A stretch of 64,000 nt of DNA from Thermoplasmata archaeon (lineage in GTDB: Archaea > Thermoplasmatota > Thermoplasmata > Sysuiplasmatales > Sysuiplasmataceae): the NCBI GenBank assembly GCA_021806165.1, contig JAJZXY010000008.1:11334-75333 (forward strand), in the 5' to 3' direction. This document shows, piece by piece, positions 49,365-59,450 of this stretch. The position numbers and the translations under genes are program-made. Within the stretch, counting starts at the first letter, position 1; each line of letters opens with the position of its first letter. Below the pieces are notes generated by a model. It did not search any database, had not been told where the DNA came from, and was given only the letters and a program-made list of their open reading frames with translations.

Positions 49365-51401
49365 CTACTTCTCCTCGGCCATTTTCCTTATCGACTCCAC
49401 GACTTCAGCATTCGCGAGCGTAGTCACATCACCCATTTCCATCTGGTTTGTGATTGATGCAAGAATTCTTCTCATGATCTTGCCTGAACGGGTCTTGGGA
49501 AGATCCGGAACGATGTAAATCTCCTTTGGCTTTGCGATAGGTCCGAGTTCTTTGGCGATTGTTGTGGTGATCTTCTCCTTGAGGCTATCTGTTGCCACAA
49601 AACCAGGCTTGAGTGATACGAACATTATAGGGACGCGGCCCTTTATGGGATCCTTCATCGGAACGGCAGCTGCCTCAGCAACCTCCTCCGTCATTAGTGC
49701 AGCGTTTTCAAGCTCCTTTGTGCCGAGCCTATGGCCGGATACGTTGATGACGTCATCCACTCTTCCCAGGATCCTGTAATATCCGTCAGCACTCTGAACG
49801 GCCCCATCCCCTGCAAAGTACGGCCAATCCTGCCATGACTTGCTGTTCGGGTTGGTGCAATATTTCTTGTAGTAGACATCCACAAACTTCTGCGGATCTC
49901 CCCATATGGTCTGCATGATACCCGGCCATGGATTCCTTATGCAAATGTTACCTGCTATACCCTTTCCCTTTTCAATAGTCTTGCCGTTTTCGTCTAATAT
50001 TACCGGATATATCCCAGGCATACCTGGACCGGCACTTCCGGGTTTCATGGGCGTAAGCGCAGGCAGTGTGCTGCAAAGGAATCCACCGTTTTCAGTCTGC
50101 CACCAGGTATCTGTTATTACAGCCTTCCCCTTTCCGACTACATCGTAGTACCATTTCCACACATCCGGCTCAATCGGTTCACCCACAGTAGTCATGCACT
50201 TGAAAGAATACTTGTACTTCTTTGGTTCATCAGGGTCAGCCTTCCTAAGAGTCCTGATAGTTGTAGGTGCGGTGTGGAATATGTTCACACCCAGCCTTTC
50301 TGCAATTCTCCACGGCCTGCCCTTGTCGGGGAAGAGGGGAACACCTTCGTACATTACGGAAGTGGCCGCGAGGGCAAGCGGGCCGTACACAATATACGAA
50401 TGGCCCGTTATCCAGCCTATGTCTGCAAAGCACCAGTAAACATCCTCAGGATGTATGTCCTGAACGAACTTTGACGTCCCGGCGACGTACGCCAGATAGC
50501 CCCCTGTCCTGTGCTGCACTCCCTTTGGCCTTCCAGTTGAGCCGCTCGTATACATCAGGAAAAGAGGCGCTTCAGCGTCCATAGAGGCAGGTGCGATGGT
50601 TTTCCCCTCGAAGGGCTTTACCAATTCATCAACAAAGAAGTCACGTCCTTCCACCATTGCAGACTGGGACATGTATTTGTCCTGGTACCTCTTCCAGACC
50701 AGAACCTTCTTTATCTTGACGCCCAGCTTGTCTGCTTCCTCGACTGTCAGATCCGCCTCTTTCTTCTTGTCTATGACCTTTCCATTCCTGTAATAGCCAT
50801 CACATGTGACAAGAATATCACTCTTGGAATCCTCCATCCTCTCAGCACATGCTTTAGGGCTGAATCCGCCGAAAACCTGGTTGTGGATTATGCCGAGCCT
50901 TGCGGCCGCGAGCATAGAGATAGGAAGTTCTGGAATCATTGGCAGGTGAAATGTGACTCTGTCCCCGGCCTTCAACCCCAGTGACTGAAGGACAAGCGCA
51001 AACTCATTGACCCTCTTGTAAAGCTCGCGGTAAGTAATAACAACGTCCGGCTCGCCTTCAGGTTCAGGGACCCAGATGATGGCAGCCTTGTCCCCGTACT
51101 TCTCAAGATGCCTGTCAACACAATTGTAGCTCGCATTCAGCTTTCCTCCCACGAACCACTTCCAGAAAGGCGGGTTGCTGGTATCGAGCGTCTTGTCCCA
51201 CTTCCTTTCCCAGGTGAGCATATCGGCGTATTCGTGGAAACACTCTGGAAAATTCTTTTCGCTGAATCTTTCGTAGACCTTCGGATCTTTCATGTTTGCC
51301 TGAGCAACAAAGGAGGGTGGTGGATTGATAAGTGGTTCTTCCTTCCAGTGTACAGCGATTTCAGCCTCGCTTAATTCCATTTTCTCTCTCTCAGAAACCA
51401 T
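49365..51401 (-). CDS. acs: Acetyl-CoA synthetase (AMP-forming)
   Basis: 678 aa; YTSGSTGRPKG AMP-binding motif, Acs-typical N-terminus and C-terminal ...SGKIMRR. Confidence 0.85.
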   Translation of the reverse strand: MVSEREKMELSEAEIAVHWKEEPLINPPPSFVAQANMKDPKVYERFSEKNFPECFHEYADMLTWERKWDKTLDTSNPPFWKWFVGGKLNASYNCVDRHLEKYGDKAAIIWVPEPEGEPDVVITYRELYKRVNEFALVLQSLGLKAGDRVTFHLPMIPELPISMLAAARLGIIHNQVFGGFSPKACAERMEDSKSDILVTCDGYYRNGKVIDKKKEADLTVEEADKLGVKIKKVLVWKRYQDKYMSQSAMVEGRDFFVDELVKPFEGKTIAPASMDAEAPLFLMYTSGSTGRPKGVQHRTGGYLAYVAGTSKFVQDIHPEDVYWCFADIGWITGHSYIVYGPLALAATSVMYEGVPLFPDKGRPWRIAERLGVNIFHTAPTTIRTLRKADPDEPKKYKYSFKCMTTVGEPIEPDVWKWYYDVVGKGKAVITDTWWQTENGGFLCSTLPALTPMKPGSAGPGMPGIYPVILDENGKTIEKGKGIAGNICIRNPWPGIMQTIWGDPQKFVDVYYKKYCTNPNSKSWQDWPYFAGDGAVQSADGYYRILGRVDDVINVSGHRLGTKELENAALMTEEVAEAAAVPMKDPIKGRVPIMFVSLKPGFVATDSLKEKITTTIAKELGPIAKPKEIYIVPDLPKTRSGKIMRRILASITNQMEMGDVTTLANAEVVESIRKMAEEK

Positions 51402-51802
51402 AAGGAGGTGAATAGCCGATCATAAGTTTATATTTTTGCTAATTTGAACCGGCTCCGTTCAGATTGGAAGCATGCCAGAGGCCAGCTACATGTGGTCAGG
51501 TCCATACACAAGGCATGTTGCATTGAAATAATATGTTGTAAAGGTTAATCACAGGAAAAATTATGAAGTATTTCCTTTATAACACACGCTAATTTCGCTT
51601 TGCTGTTTATGGAGCCATAAATTATTTTTGTATGCATAATTCGTAAGTTTTCTCAAACATAAGAAAAATATTGCAGATCTGAATTCAATTGCGGATTTGG
51701 TTGTAACATGCTTATTACTTGACCACTTCTACACTAGGTTATTATACGTCCAAGGCGTTTCGTGTCTAATCACTTCGGCGCTATTCAGTTGAAAGAGGGG
51801 GA

Positions 51803-52405
51803 TTGATGGCAACATCGTTGGAGAATCCATTTGGCAAAGCATTGACGGCAGATCCTGCCCCGTTGGGACTCGCAGGCTTCGCTTTTACAACATTCCTGCT
51901 AAGTTTCTACAATGCAGGCTTCCTTTCGGGCCCTGACGTGGTAATCCCGCTTGCAATCGCATACGGAGGGCTTGGGCAACTGTTTGCCGGCGCGTTTGAG
52001 ATGAGGAAGGGGAACACATTCGGCTTTACCGCCTTTTCAAGTTATGGCGGATTCTGGCTATTCTATGCAATGCTGGTCATATTCGCATCGCTGCACATCA
52101 TAGCACCCACCGGAAAGGAAATTGGCTTTGCTCTGATTCTGTGGGGCTTCTTTACACTGTATATGTGGGTGCCGGCCATGATGGCCAACACGACACTGAA
52201 TCTGACATTCCTGTTCCTTTGGCTGGCATTCTTTGTTCTGGGTGCAGGCGCAATCTACAACAGCACCACTCTGGACCACATCGGCGGATATCTCGGGTTC
52301 CTTACTGCCTTCTTCGCAGCCTATACAAGCTTCGCAATCGTGACCAATTCCGTCAGACCGCACACCCTGCCTCTTGGCCCGGGGATCTTAAAGAAAAAGT
52401 CCTGA
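51803..52405 (+). CDS. GPR1/FUN34/YaaH (SatP) acetate/succinate channel family
   Basis: 200 aa, 6 TM; N-terminal NPAPLGLAGFA-type motif (ADPAPLGLAGFAFTTF). Confidence 0.75.
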   Translation: MMATSLENPFGKALTADPAPLGLAGFAFTTFLLSFYNAGFLSGPDVVIPLAIAYGGLGQLFAGAFEMRKGNTFGFTAFSSYGGFWLFYAMLVIFASLHIIAPTGKEIGFALILWGFFTLYMWVPAMMANTTLNLTFLFLWLAFFVLGAGAIYNSTTLDHIGGYLGFLTAFFAAYTSFAIVTNSVRPHTLPLGPGILKKKS

Positions 52406-53521
52406 ACTGGGACGCACCGTCAGCCGTATTGCTAACAGGCTGGCGGTCAACAAACCTATTCCCCGCATTCTCCCCTACTACCCCCGCCCGCAGGCTGTGC
52501 AAGTGCCACCTTCCATGGCAGGGAATGCATGCAGTCGATTGTAGGAGCATTGTGTGGAGGGCATGGGTCATATTTCAGCAATGCAGCGAAGCTTCAGGAA
52601 GGGAAGCATGCCACATTTTGCCACGTCAGCCTTTGCGGTTGCGTATGATTTTTGGGCCTCATGTGAGGACCTGGAACCATCTGATGCCGTTGCCGTCAGG
52701 ATCCCTGATATAGAAGAAGCTGATGACTTGTGGCACTGTCCTGACACCCTTTGCGGCTACGCCGGATGTACGAAGTCTGTCACGTTCCCTTTAGAAGTCC
52801 CCGACTTACAGCTGCAGATTCCAGTTGGTGGCTTAACCTTGTGTTATTCAATCTGCACCCTCGTCTCACTTACTTTGCATTCCATGTTGCCAGGAAAAAG
52901 CTCAAGGTCAGGGTCCTTGCCGAAGGGACGATTGTGACAGCAAGGGCCAGGGGTGCCAGTTCTTGCGCCAAGGGCCTGTCCGTCTTCTTCGTTCCAGCCA
53001 AACGGAATGACGGCACGAGCAATTATGCCGTGAGAAGACTGAAGGAAAAACTCGGGACGATATCTGTGCCGACTGGGGAGGTCGAGATGTAGGACTTGCA
53101 GGCATTCATGCTGGGTGAGAAGTAAAAGGGCATCTACTATTTTATGTAGATTTTGACAATATCAAGAATAGATGATGAGCTGGCTGCTGCAGGCATCGCA
53201 AGCAAGGCTCTATGGGAGGCGTGCAAGTATTCAAGCTGACAGGGCGAAAATATCTTAGTTTGGAAGAGATTTGAGGTGAATATATTGAAATTACAGGATC
53301 AGGAAATTACAGCAGTTCTGGTACACTATCCGCATCCCCCGATGTTTCTGCTTTTTCATGTTTGCTGATGTTGTTGGATCCTCCTGGAAATTGCCAGATT
53401 GTTGTAAATTCACCTCTTGTTCCAATCCTGCAAGGAACGATGTTGTTCCCATAGCATTGTTTATCGGCTGGTATTCTCAGTTTGTGGTTAGGTCGATAGG
53501 TAACAAGCGAAAGTTATAATA

Positions 53522-54187
53522 TTGTATAATTATTACTTCTTTTATATGGAACCAATTGCAGACCTCATTACCGGTGACAGGTTAAGACTTGCAGAACTGC
53601 AGGATGGGGTGATAGATATCATCTACAATCGTATTGAACCTGATGCGATACTCTATGGCGGAACTGCTATTTGGCGCTGTTATGGCGGCAACAGATTTTC
53701 TGAGGACATCGATATATACTTGAGCAACAGAGGGCTGAACAAATTCATTCGGTCATTACCTAAATACGGCATTCGCCTGCTTTCCCGGGACAAAGAATTA
53801 CCGTCAATAATCAGGATTGCGAAAGGGGAAACAAGTTTGTTGCTGGAGACGAAGGAAGGGCACTCGGAGAGCATGATAAGGCAATATGTCCGAGTCGATG
53901 GCAGCTCTACAACTGTCAGCGTGTTCACTCCAGCTGAAATGTTAATCAGGAAGATAGAAGCATACCAAGGAAGGAGATTTGTTCGAGATGTCTATGACAT
54001 CTTCATACTAACCAGGTTTCTGGACAAAAGTGACCATGTTGTTGCTTCGTCGCTCTCCTCCTTCCTGGCAAAATCCAAACCGCCTGTTGACGAAGATGTG
54101 CTCAAATCACTGATATACACAGGAAAGGGCGATTTTCGATATAGTGAAATGCTGGGCTACATCAAGAGGTGGTTAAGCGAAGTATGA
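53522..54187 (+). CDS. AbiEii/AbiGii-family nucleotidyltransferase (type IV TA toxin-like)
   Basis: 221 aa; ILYGGTAIWRCYGGNRFSEDIDIY matches the AbiEii GGTAL...R.SeDiD motif. Confidence 0.6.
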   Translation: MYNYYFFYMEPIADLITGDRLRLAELQDGVIDIIYNRIEPDAILYGGTAIWRCYGGNRFSEDIDIYLSNRGLNKFIRSLPKYGIRLLSRDKELPSIIRIAKGETSLLLETKEGHSESMIRQYVRVDGSSTTVSVFTPAEMLIRKIEAYQGRRFVRDVYDIFILTRFLDKSDHVVASSLSSFLAKSKPPVDEDVLKSLIYTGKGDFRYSEMLGYIKRWLSEV

Positions 54188-54188
54188 A

Positions 54189-54773
54189 CGTTCATTTGCA
54201 GAGTACTTCGGAAGGCTTCCTCTGTTTACCGCCGGAGACGCCAAGAGGTATCTTGCAAGCCTAGGTTCTAGTGAGGAATACTCCAGGCTGCTCCTTCATA
54301 ATCTGGTGAGGGGCAAGCGGTTGGTGCGAATTAAGAAAGGGTTTTACACATTCTCAAATGATGAGAACGTAATTGGCTTCGCCTTCAGGCCCTTCTATTA
54401 TGGCATGGAGTACGCTCTCACGCTTCGGAAGATATGGACACAGCAAGCAAATCCAGTAATCATAACCACCTCAAAGGCAAATGCCGGATTGAGAGAGGTG
54501 ATGAAATCAAAGGTGATAGTTCGGAGGATTGATTCTCACGCATTCTTTGGGTTCGAGTACCTGAGCTTCTCTGGACTATTCGTTCCAGTGTCATTACCAG
54601 AGAAGATACTGCTGGACTTCCTGTACTTTCGTGCTGACATCGATCCAGTAACTCGACAGGCATTGATTAATGAATCCAACCGGAAAGTTCTGAGGGAGTT
54701 TGCAGAGAGAATGGGTAGCCGTTACTCGACGCAGATTGATTCCCTAATCAGTGACAGTATGGTTGGGGACTGA
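54189..54773 (+). CDS. AbiEi_4-family antitoxin-like wHTH protein; start codon unresolved
   Basis: The frame is open from directly after the upstream stop (RSFAEYFGRLPLFTAGDAKRYLASLGSSEEYSRLLLHNLVRGKRLVRIKKGFYTF...) and matches the AbiEi N-terminal wHTH. The first start codon is GTG 54306. C-terminal ...VSLPEKILLDFLYF matches the family. Confidence 0.5.
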   Translation, partial: RSFAEYFGRLPLFTAGDAKRYLASLGSSEEYSRLLLHNLVRGKRLVRIKKGFYTFSNDENVIGFAFRPFYYGMEYALTLRKIWTQQANPVIITTSKANAGLREVMKSKVIVRRIDSHAFFGFEYLSFSGLFVPVSLPEKILLDFLYFRADIDPVTRQALINESNRKVLREFAERMGSRYSTQIDSLISDSMVGD

Positions 54774-54958
54774 GGTTCCTTGGTCCACTCTTCCATTCGT
54801 CTCACCAATCTCGTCAATAGGTATTAACCAACAAGAGAACCAGTCAGGTCATACTTCAAAGGTTGCGAATTGTTGTAATTTCGTTCCTTTCACATTGAGT
54901 TGATCTCTTGTGGTATCTGCTCACGGACAACAATAGTCGGTGAAGTGTAAGGGCTGTT

Positions 54959-56005
54959 TCAGTGGGTTGAGGTGCTGAATACAGCCCTTCTTCTGTAAGC
55001 AAAGATCCTTCTTACTGGTTTTTCAAGGTGTATGTAAATGATTGCAATCACAGGCTGTATCATTGGGATTATGGCCGGGGCGAGAGCCGCAGATGATGAA
55101 AGCGCCATGGTTGCAATGGCGGCAGTTACGCTCTGATTCTTTGTCACGGAGATGAATGCCACCGATTGATGATCCTCGTATGACAGCCTGAGGGCACGAC
55201 TTACAACTATCGCAAGCAGCAGCAGGCCGACTATTATGGCGGTCTGGTACCCGATAATGTAGCCGACTATTTCCGGCTTGGAAATTATGACGCCAGCTTC
55301 CTTGTCGACCAGGACAAAGATCAGAGCGAACATCGAATGCATTGTCGCGAGTGAAAGATGCGGCTTGATGGTCTTTCCCACATAGTCAGAACCCCTGTAC
55401 CTTATCAGAATGAAGCGCGTGACCTGGCCAATTATGAACTGCAGCACGAGTATGTAGATGACTGACGTCATAATCGGCCTGACTGATGCAGTGGCCGCCA
55501 GATTCCTACTGTAAATATCCAGAAAGAGGGGTATTGCAGGAATTGCAACAGCCAGGCTCAGAACTGCCAAGGCGGTTGCGAGCTCAAGACTCCCTCCTGC
55601 TATCAGCACATAGCCGAGTGAAGCGCTTGATGCTGGGGCAATGTTGGCTGTCACGAAGCCAAGGCCTACGGAACTATTTCCCAGTGACGGTGCCAATGTG
55701 AATGCTATCACCGGCGATAGAGCGAAGACACAGATCATCGAGACGACAATTGCCTTCCACGACCTGAAGGACTTGCCCATTCCTTCAGTCTTCAACTGAA
55801 CCATTGATGGATATATCGTGAGAATTGCAAAGACAAGCACAAGATCGGAAAAGAGCGACTTGTTGGCGGATGTGAAGACTCTGGTGTAGTAACCCACCGG
55901 TAGCGCTATTGCCAGAGAAAGAACCGTCTATATTATCAGGTACTTTCTCACATGCTCAGCAATTGCCGCAACACCTCTTAGACTTTGCATTTCTCCATCA
56001 GCCAT
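54959..56005 (-). pseudogene. ACR3-family arsenite carrier gene with in-frame TAG
   Basis: ATG at 56005 gives MADGEMQSLRGVAAIAEHVRKYLII, then TAG (55930-55928), then TVLSLAIALPVGYYTRVF... continuing in frame to 54959. Total 348 codons, ACR3 size. The TAG sits where ACR3 proteins have the Trp of RYLT(I/L)WIF. Confidence 0.55.
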
Positions 56006-56442
56006 AACTAAATTCTACCGCTGGGATCTTTAGATAACCGTGTCCATTGATATCTTAGGTTGGCTGTTCTTATACCCTCCCAGCCGAACATCATGCCTAG
56101 ATAAACCTACAGATTCCCAAGAGCCTGGTTTGTTGGATTGGCCAGTCACTGTCTTGTCCATGCAGGAATCGTGGCTCATTCTTTGATAACAGGTCACATC
56201 GCCATGAACTCACCAAATGATCATATTCACCGGAGCGATTCACTCCTCAAACAAGATATCGCCCGTTAACCTTGTCGGGCAGTGGCTCCTACCGGCATTA
56301 GTAACTGAAAGTTGTAATTTTCTACAATTATTACTTCCTTCAAATCTCAGAGAAGGCCTTTCCACATAGCATCAACGGTTGTCGGATTACCCAGCACGAT
56401 GTATAAATATGGGTAAGACTTTAGTATAACCCAAGGTTAGAC

Positions 56443-56700
56443 ATGCTTGAAGAAGAAATGAAAGTCGGGCCTAAAGGGCAGGTAGTCATACCGAAATCAT
56501 TCAGGAAGATACTGAAGATTCTTCCAGGCTCGAAGGTAAATTTCAGGTTGGAAGGTGACTCTGTTGTCATCGAAAAGGTTAGCTCCGACTCTGTCGACAT
56601 ATTCAATAGGATTGCCCATTCAGGTGGTTCTGTTAAGAAGATTTCCCCACATGAGTATGAAGCAGAGCTTGCGGGAAGGAATCCCAGTGAAATATCTTGA
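56443..56700 (+). CDS. vapB: VapB-type antitoxin (AbrB/SpoVT swapped-hairpin)
   Basis: 85 aa; VGPKGQVVIPKSFRKILKILPGSKV. Confidence 0.65.
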   Translation: MLEEEMKVGPKGQVVIPKSFRKILKILPGSKVNFRLEGDSVVIEKVSSDSVDIFNRIAHSGGSVKKISPHEYEAELAGRNPSEIS

Positions 56701-57085
56701 TGCAAACGTCTTCATCTATGCCGCACTCAACGTTGAGCAGCAAGGTGAAAGAGCTAGAGCATTGCTTCAAAGAGTTCAGGATGGTAAGGACAAATGTTGT
56801 TCATCGGCTCTGACCTTTGACGAAATCGTTTACGTTGTCGGAAAACACAAGAACCTTGAACTTGGGAGAATAGCGGGCGAGGCATTCCTCGAACTGCAAG
56901 GGCTTGACATCATTCCGGTGGATGAGAAACTCCTGCATGACACGGCGCGTCTGATTAGGATTTATAACCTGAAGCCTCGAGACGCAATCCATGCTTCCAG
57001 TGCCCTTTTGCGAGGAGTGCAAGTGATGGTTTCCACTGACTCGGATTTCGACAAAGTCAAGGAATTGAAAAGAGTTGGAATTTGA
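56651..57085 (+). CDS. vapC: PIN-domain toxin VapC
   Basis: YLDANVFIYA N-terminal Asp motif, STDSDFDK C-terminal acidic motif. Start is ATG 56651/56657 or GTG 56687, overlapping vapB. Confidence 0.65.
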   Translation: MSMKQSLREGIPVKYLDANVFIYAALNVEQQGERARALLQRVQDGKDKCCSSALTFDEIVYVVGKHKNLELGRIAGEAFLELQGLDIIPVDEKLLHDTARLIRIYNLKPRDAIHASSALLRGVQVMVSTDSDFDKVKELKRVGI

Positions 57086-57421
57086 GAGGGGACCATTTGG
57101 CATTGCTTCCTTGTAGAGCGGGTGTAGGAGCCTTGAAATGGCCACATGGTTGCGAACTCAGCACCCGATTGGATTTTCACTAGGAGCAAAGCAAGTTTCT
57201 GAAATGCTTTCATTAAATTTTCCTGTTTTAGGCACCTGGGATCCAATGGATATCTTGTTGATGGAACATCAATGACCGGCGAATCCAATTGTAATGCTTC
57301 GGGTGACTATCGTCTGTTTGTCACTTCATTGAAGGTATTATCAGCGTCGTCTAGAAGGCAGTTGGTACAAACAGAATCACAATTGCAATGGCGGAAAGTA
57401 AAAAATGGTTCAGCAGTGGTT

Positions 57422-57829
57422 TCAGTAGTCAACAATCTCGAGATCTCGAATTCTGTTGAAGTGCTCCCTGTTTCTTGTCACCAGCTTGAATCCATAGCGG
57501 AGTGCTGTGGCCGCAATGTATGTGTCATTTATTCCAATCTGTCTTCCTTGCCTCGCTAAGACCGCATGTATCTCGGCGCTGATCTGAGCTATTTCATGAT
57601 CTAGCGGTAATATGTCGAATTGCTCCAGTTCCTGAATCGCAGCTTTCAGTTTCTCGTTGAAGTTGGCAGTTTTGTGAAATCTGTAGCGGATTCCAAATAG
57701 ATACTCATGTACAGAAATAGCGGAGATAGCAACCACAGACTCTTCCTCATCAGCCTTGTTGGCAAGTTCCTTGGCTCCCTCATCCGAATTGATAAGGTCT
57801 ATGATGAAGGAGGTATCGTAGAGCGTCAT
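57422..57829 (-). CDS. vapC: PIN-domain toxin VapC
   Basis: Start MTLYDTSFIIDLIN (57829); GINDTYIAATAL C-terminal motif. ATGA-type overlap with the upstream antitoxin. Confidence 0.65.
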   Translation of the reverse strand: MTLYDTSFIIDLINSDEGAKELANKADEEESVVAISAISVHEYLFGIRYRFHKTANFNEKLKAAIQELEQFDILPLDHEIAQISAEIHAVLARQGRQIGINDTYIAATALRYGFKLVTRNREHFNRIRDLEIVDY

Positions 57830-57830
57830 T

Positions 57831-58055
57831 TTAGAGTCCTTTCTTGAGCTTCTTGGATGTAGCGAACTCCGATGTCGCAAGATGCTGCATCGCTTCCTGC
57901 CAGTCTTTTCGACCGATTGTCCTCCTTCCTGCAAGGTCTGAAATGCGACCTCTCTTGAAGTTCCGTTTTATAACCGAAGAGAAGCTCTCGTTCGGCAACT
58001 TCGCCTTCTTCAGGAGTCTGTAGACTTCATCTGATATTGCAATAGTTTTTGCCAT
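57831..58055 (-). CDS. vapB: VapB-type antitoxin
   Basis: 74 aa; MAKTIAISDEVYRLLKKAK... typical small antitoxin N-terminus. Coupled to the vapC. Confidence 0.6.
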   Translation of the reverse strand: MAKTIAISDEVYRLLKKAKLPNESFSSVIKRNFKRGRISDLAGRRTIGRKDWQEAMQHLATSEFATSKKLKKGL

Positions 58056-58324
58056 TTACAGAATCTCCTATGTATGCATATGTATATAATTTTATTCAGG
58101 AGCTCATAGACTCCGTCGTCAGTGAGTCGCACTATATGGGCGACTTCTGTCAACGAGTTGAGTATTTGAGAATTGACATGGGTCTCTGCACGAAATGGCC
58201 GAATAGTTGCCTATTTGGGACAAATTCAACTAAGAATCCCGAAGGTCTAGATTCAGCAAAAACTCTTGACAAGGGTCATATGCTAGCTAAGTTTGTATAC
58301 ACATTTCGTGTACTTTGATTAGCA

Positions 58325-59398
58325 TTAGGCGTGAGTGACTTCACACATGTCTGCAGGGTATATGCCAGTTGACTTTTTCCTGGTATGCTTACTCACTCTC
58401 TTCTGTAAAATCGCCCTATGTTCTTCATTATCAATCCCATTCTTCAAGGAATATAGGACTTCCTTGGACATGGAATACATCAAACCTCTAGCTCCAACAA
58501 ACATGCAATTTATGGAGGCTAGCTTTTGTCCTTCATCTATGGAATGTTGTATGACTTCTTTTTTTGGTCTGTTGTGGTCGATTCCACCATTCACAAATAA
58601 GCTCGATAAAAATCCAGCTGAAAACCAATCACCCGCGCCCGCTGTATCCCTAACGACTATAGCTTTATACCCCTTTACTGTTCGCCACTTTCCTCCATTC
58701 AGGCTAAATTTTACTCCTTTTTCACCTCTTGTCACTATGGTGATAGGTGGTTTTGGCCAGCTCCCGTTGCTTCTGATAACCAACCTTCTATAGACTCTTT
58801 CGTTGCACTTCAAAACATGAGAGAGTTTCAATGCTCTCTTGAAATAACCCTCATTACCAATGTTGTTAGGTTCGAAAAATACAAGGGCTTGTTTATTGCT
58901 AAGTACTTCCGCCATTCTAAGAGAAGCGGGAAATGCTCTGTCGAAATAGAAAACTTTTGGTCGAACAGCATTGGAGGGCAACTCAGGAACTTCTGCAAGT
59001 CTCGGGGGTTTGAATTTAGGAAATCTAGTGTTACATAGAGGACATTTCATAGAATAGTTGTGCATTACATTATTGGACTTCTCTCTTAACACTTTTTCAA
59101 GAACTACCGGAGTTCTCCCATTACTAGATCTTCTGATAAGAGAAACGTTTACCCCCTGATCTTTCATATCTGAAACGACCAAATCTGATGCCAACCCCTT
59201 TGACAAATTCGCTATGGGGTATGTCGACCAGCCTAAGTAAGATAGGATAGTCAAGACATTTCCGCACGAGCCACCAACTCTCATACTAACTTCTTGTCTG
59301 TCACCATCTATCACAATCAAATCGAGTGTAACAAATCCCATTCCCACAGCAACGAGATTTTTCCCTTTTTCTTGCGTATACAATGCTTTCCTAATCAT
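58325..59398 (-). CDS. PfkB-family (ribokinase-like) sugar/nucleoside kinase with an internal insertion
   Basis: GGSCGNVLTILSYLG N-terminal GG motif and an exact match to PfkB signature 2 (DTAGAGDWFSAGFL). About 50 extra aa including MKCPLCNTRFPKFKPP between them. Confidence 0.65.
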   Translation of the reverse strand: MIRKALYTQEKGKNLVAVGMGFVTLDLIVIDGDRQEVSMRVGGSCGNVLTILSYLGWSTYPIANLSKGLASDLVVSDMKDQGVNVSLIRRSSNGRTPVVLEKVLREKSNNVMHNYSMKCPLCNTRFPKFKPPRLAEVPELPSNAVRPKVFYFDRAFPASLRMAEVLSNKQALVFFEPNNIGNEGYFKRALKLSHVLKCNERVYRRLVIRSNGSWPKPPITIVTRGEKGVKFSLNGGKWRTVKGYKAIVVRDTAGAGDWFSAGFLSSLFVNGGIDHNRPKKEVIQHSIDEGQKLASINCMFVGARGLMYSMSKEVLYSLKNGIDNEEHRAILQKRVSKHTRKKSTGIYPADMCEVTHA

Positions 59399-59450
59399 AT
59401 CTCAATTGCCTAATTTCCGGGTTAGTTATAAAGACAACTCAAACCTGCAA

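Noticed and set aside
52590-52630. CAGGAAGGGAAGCA string vaguely like the SRP RNA helix-8 motif
   Set aside because: Surrounding sequence does not form the flanking helices expected of 7S RNA; resemblance judged coincidental.
52554-53092. ORFs 52554-52937 and 52751-53092 in the junction region
   Set aside because: Overlapping frames, Cys/Pro-rich low-complexity products, no RBS or motif support.
55928-55930. Possibility that the in-frame TAG in the ACR3 gene encodes pyrrolysine
   Set aside because: TAG terminates several confident genes in this window (coxL at 3604-3606, MFS at 8642-8644 and 10985-10987), and the codon aligns with a conserved Trp, pointing to a TGG to TAG mutation.
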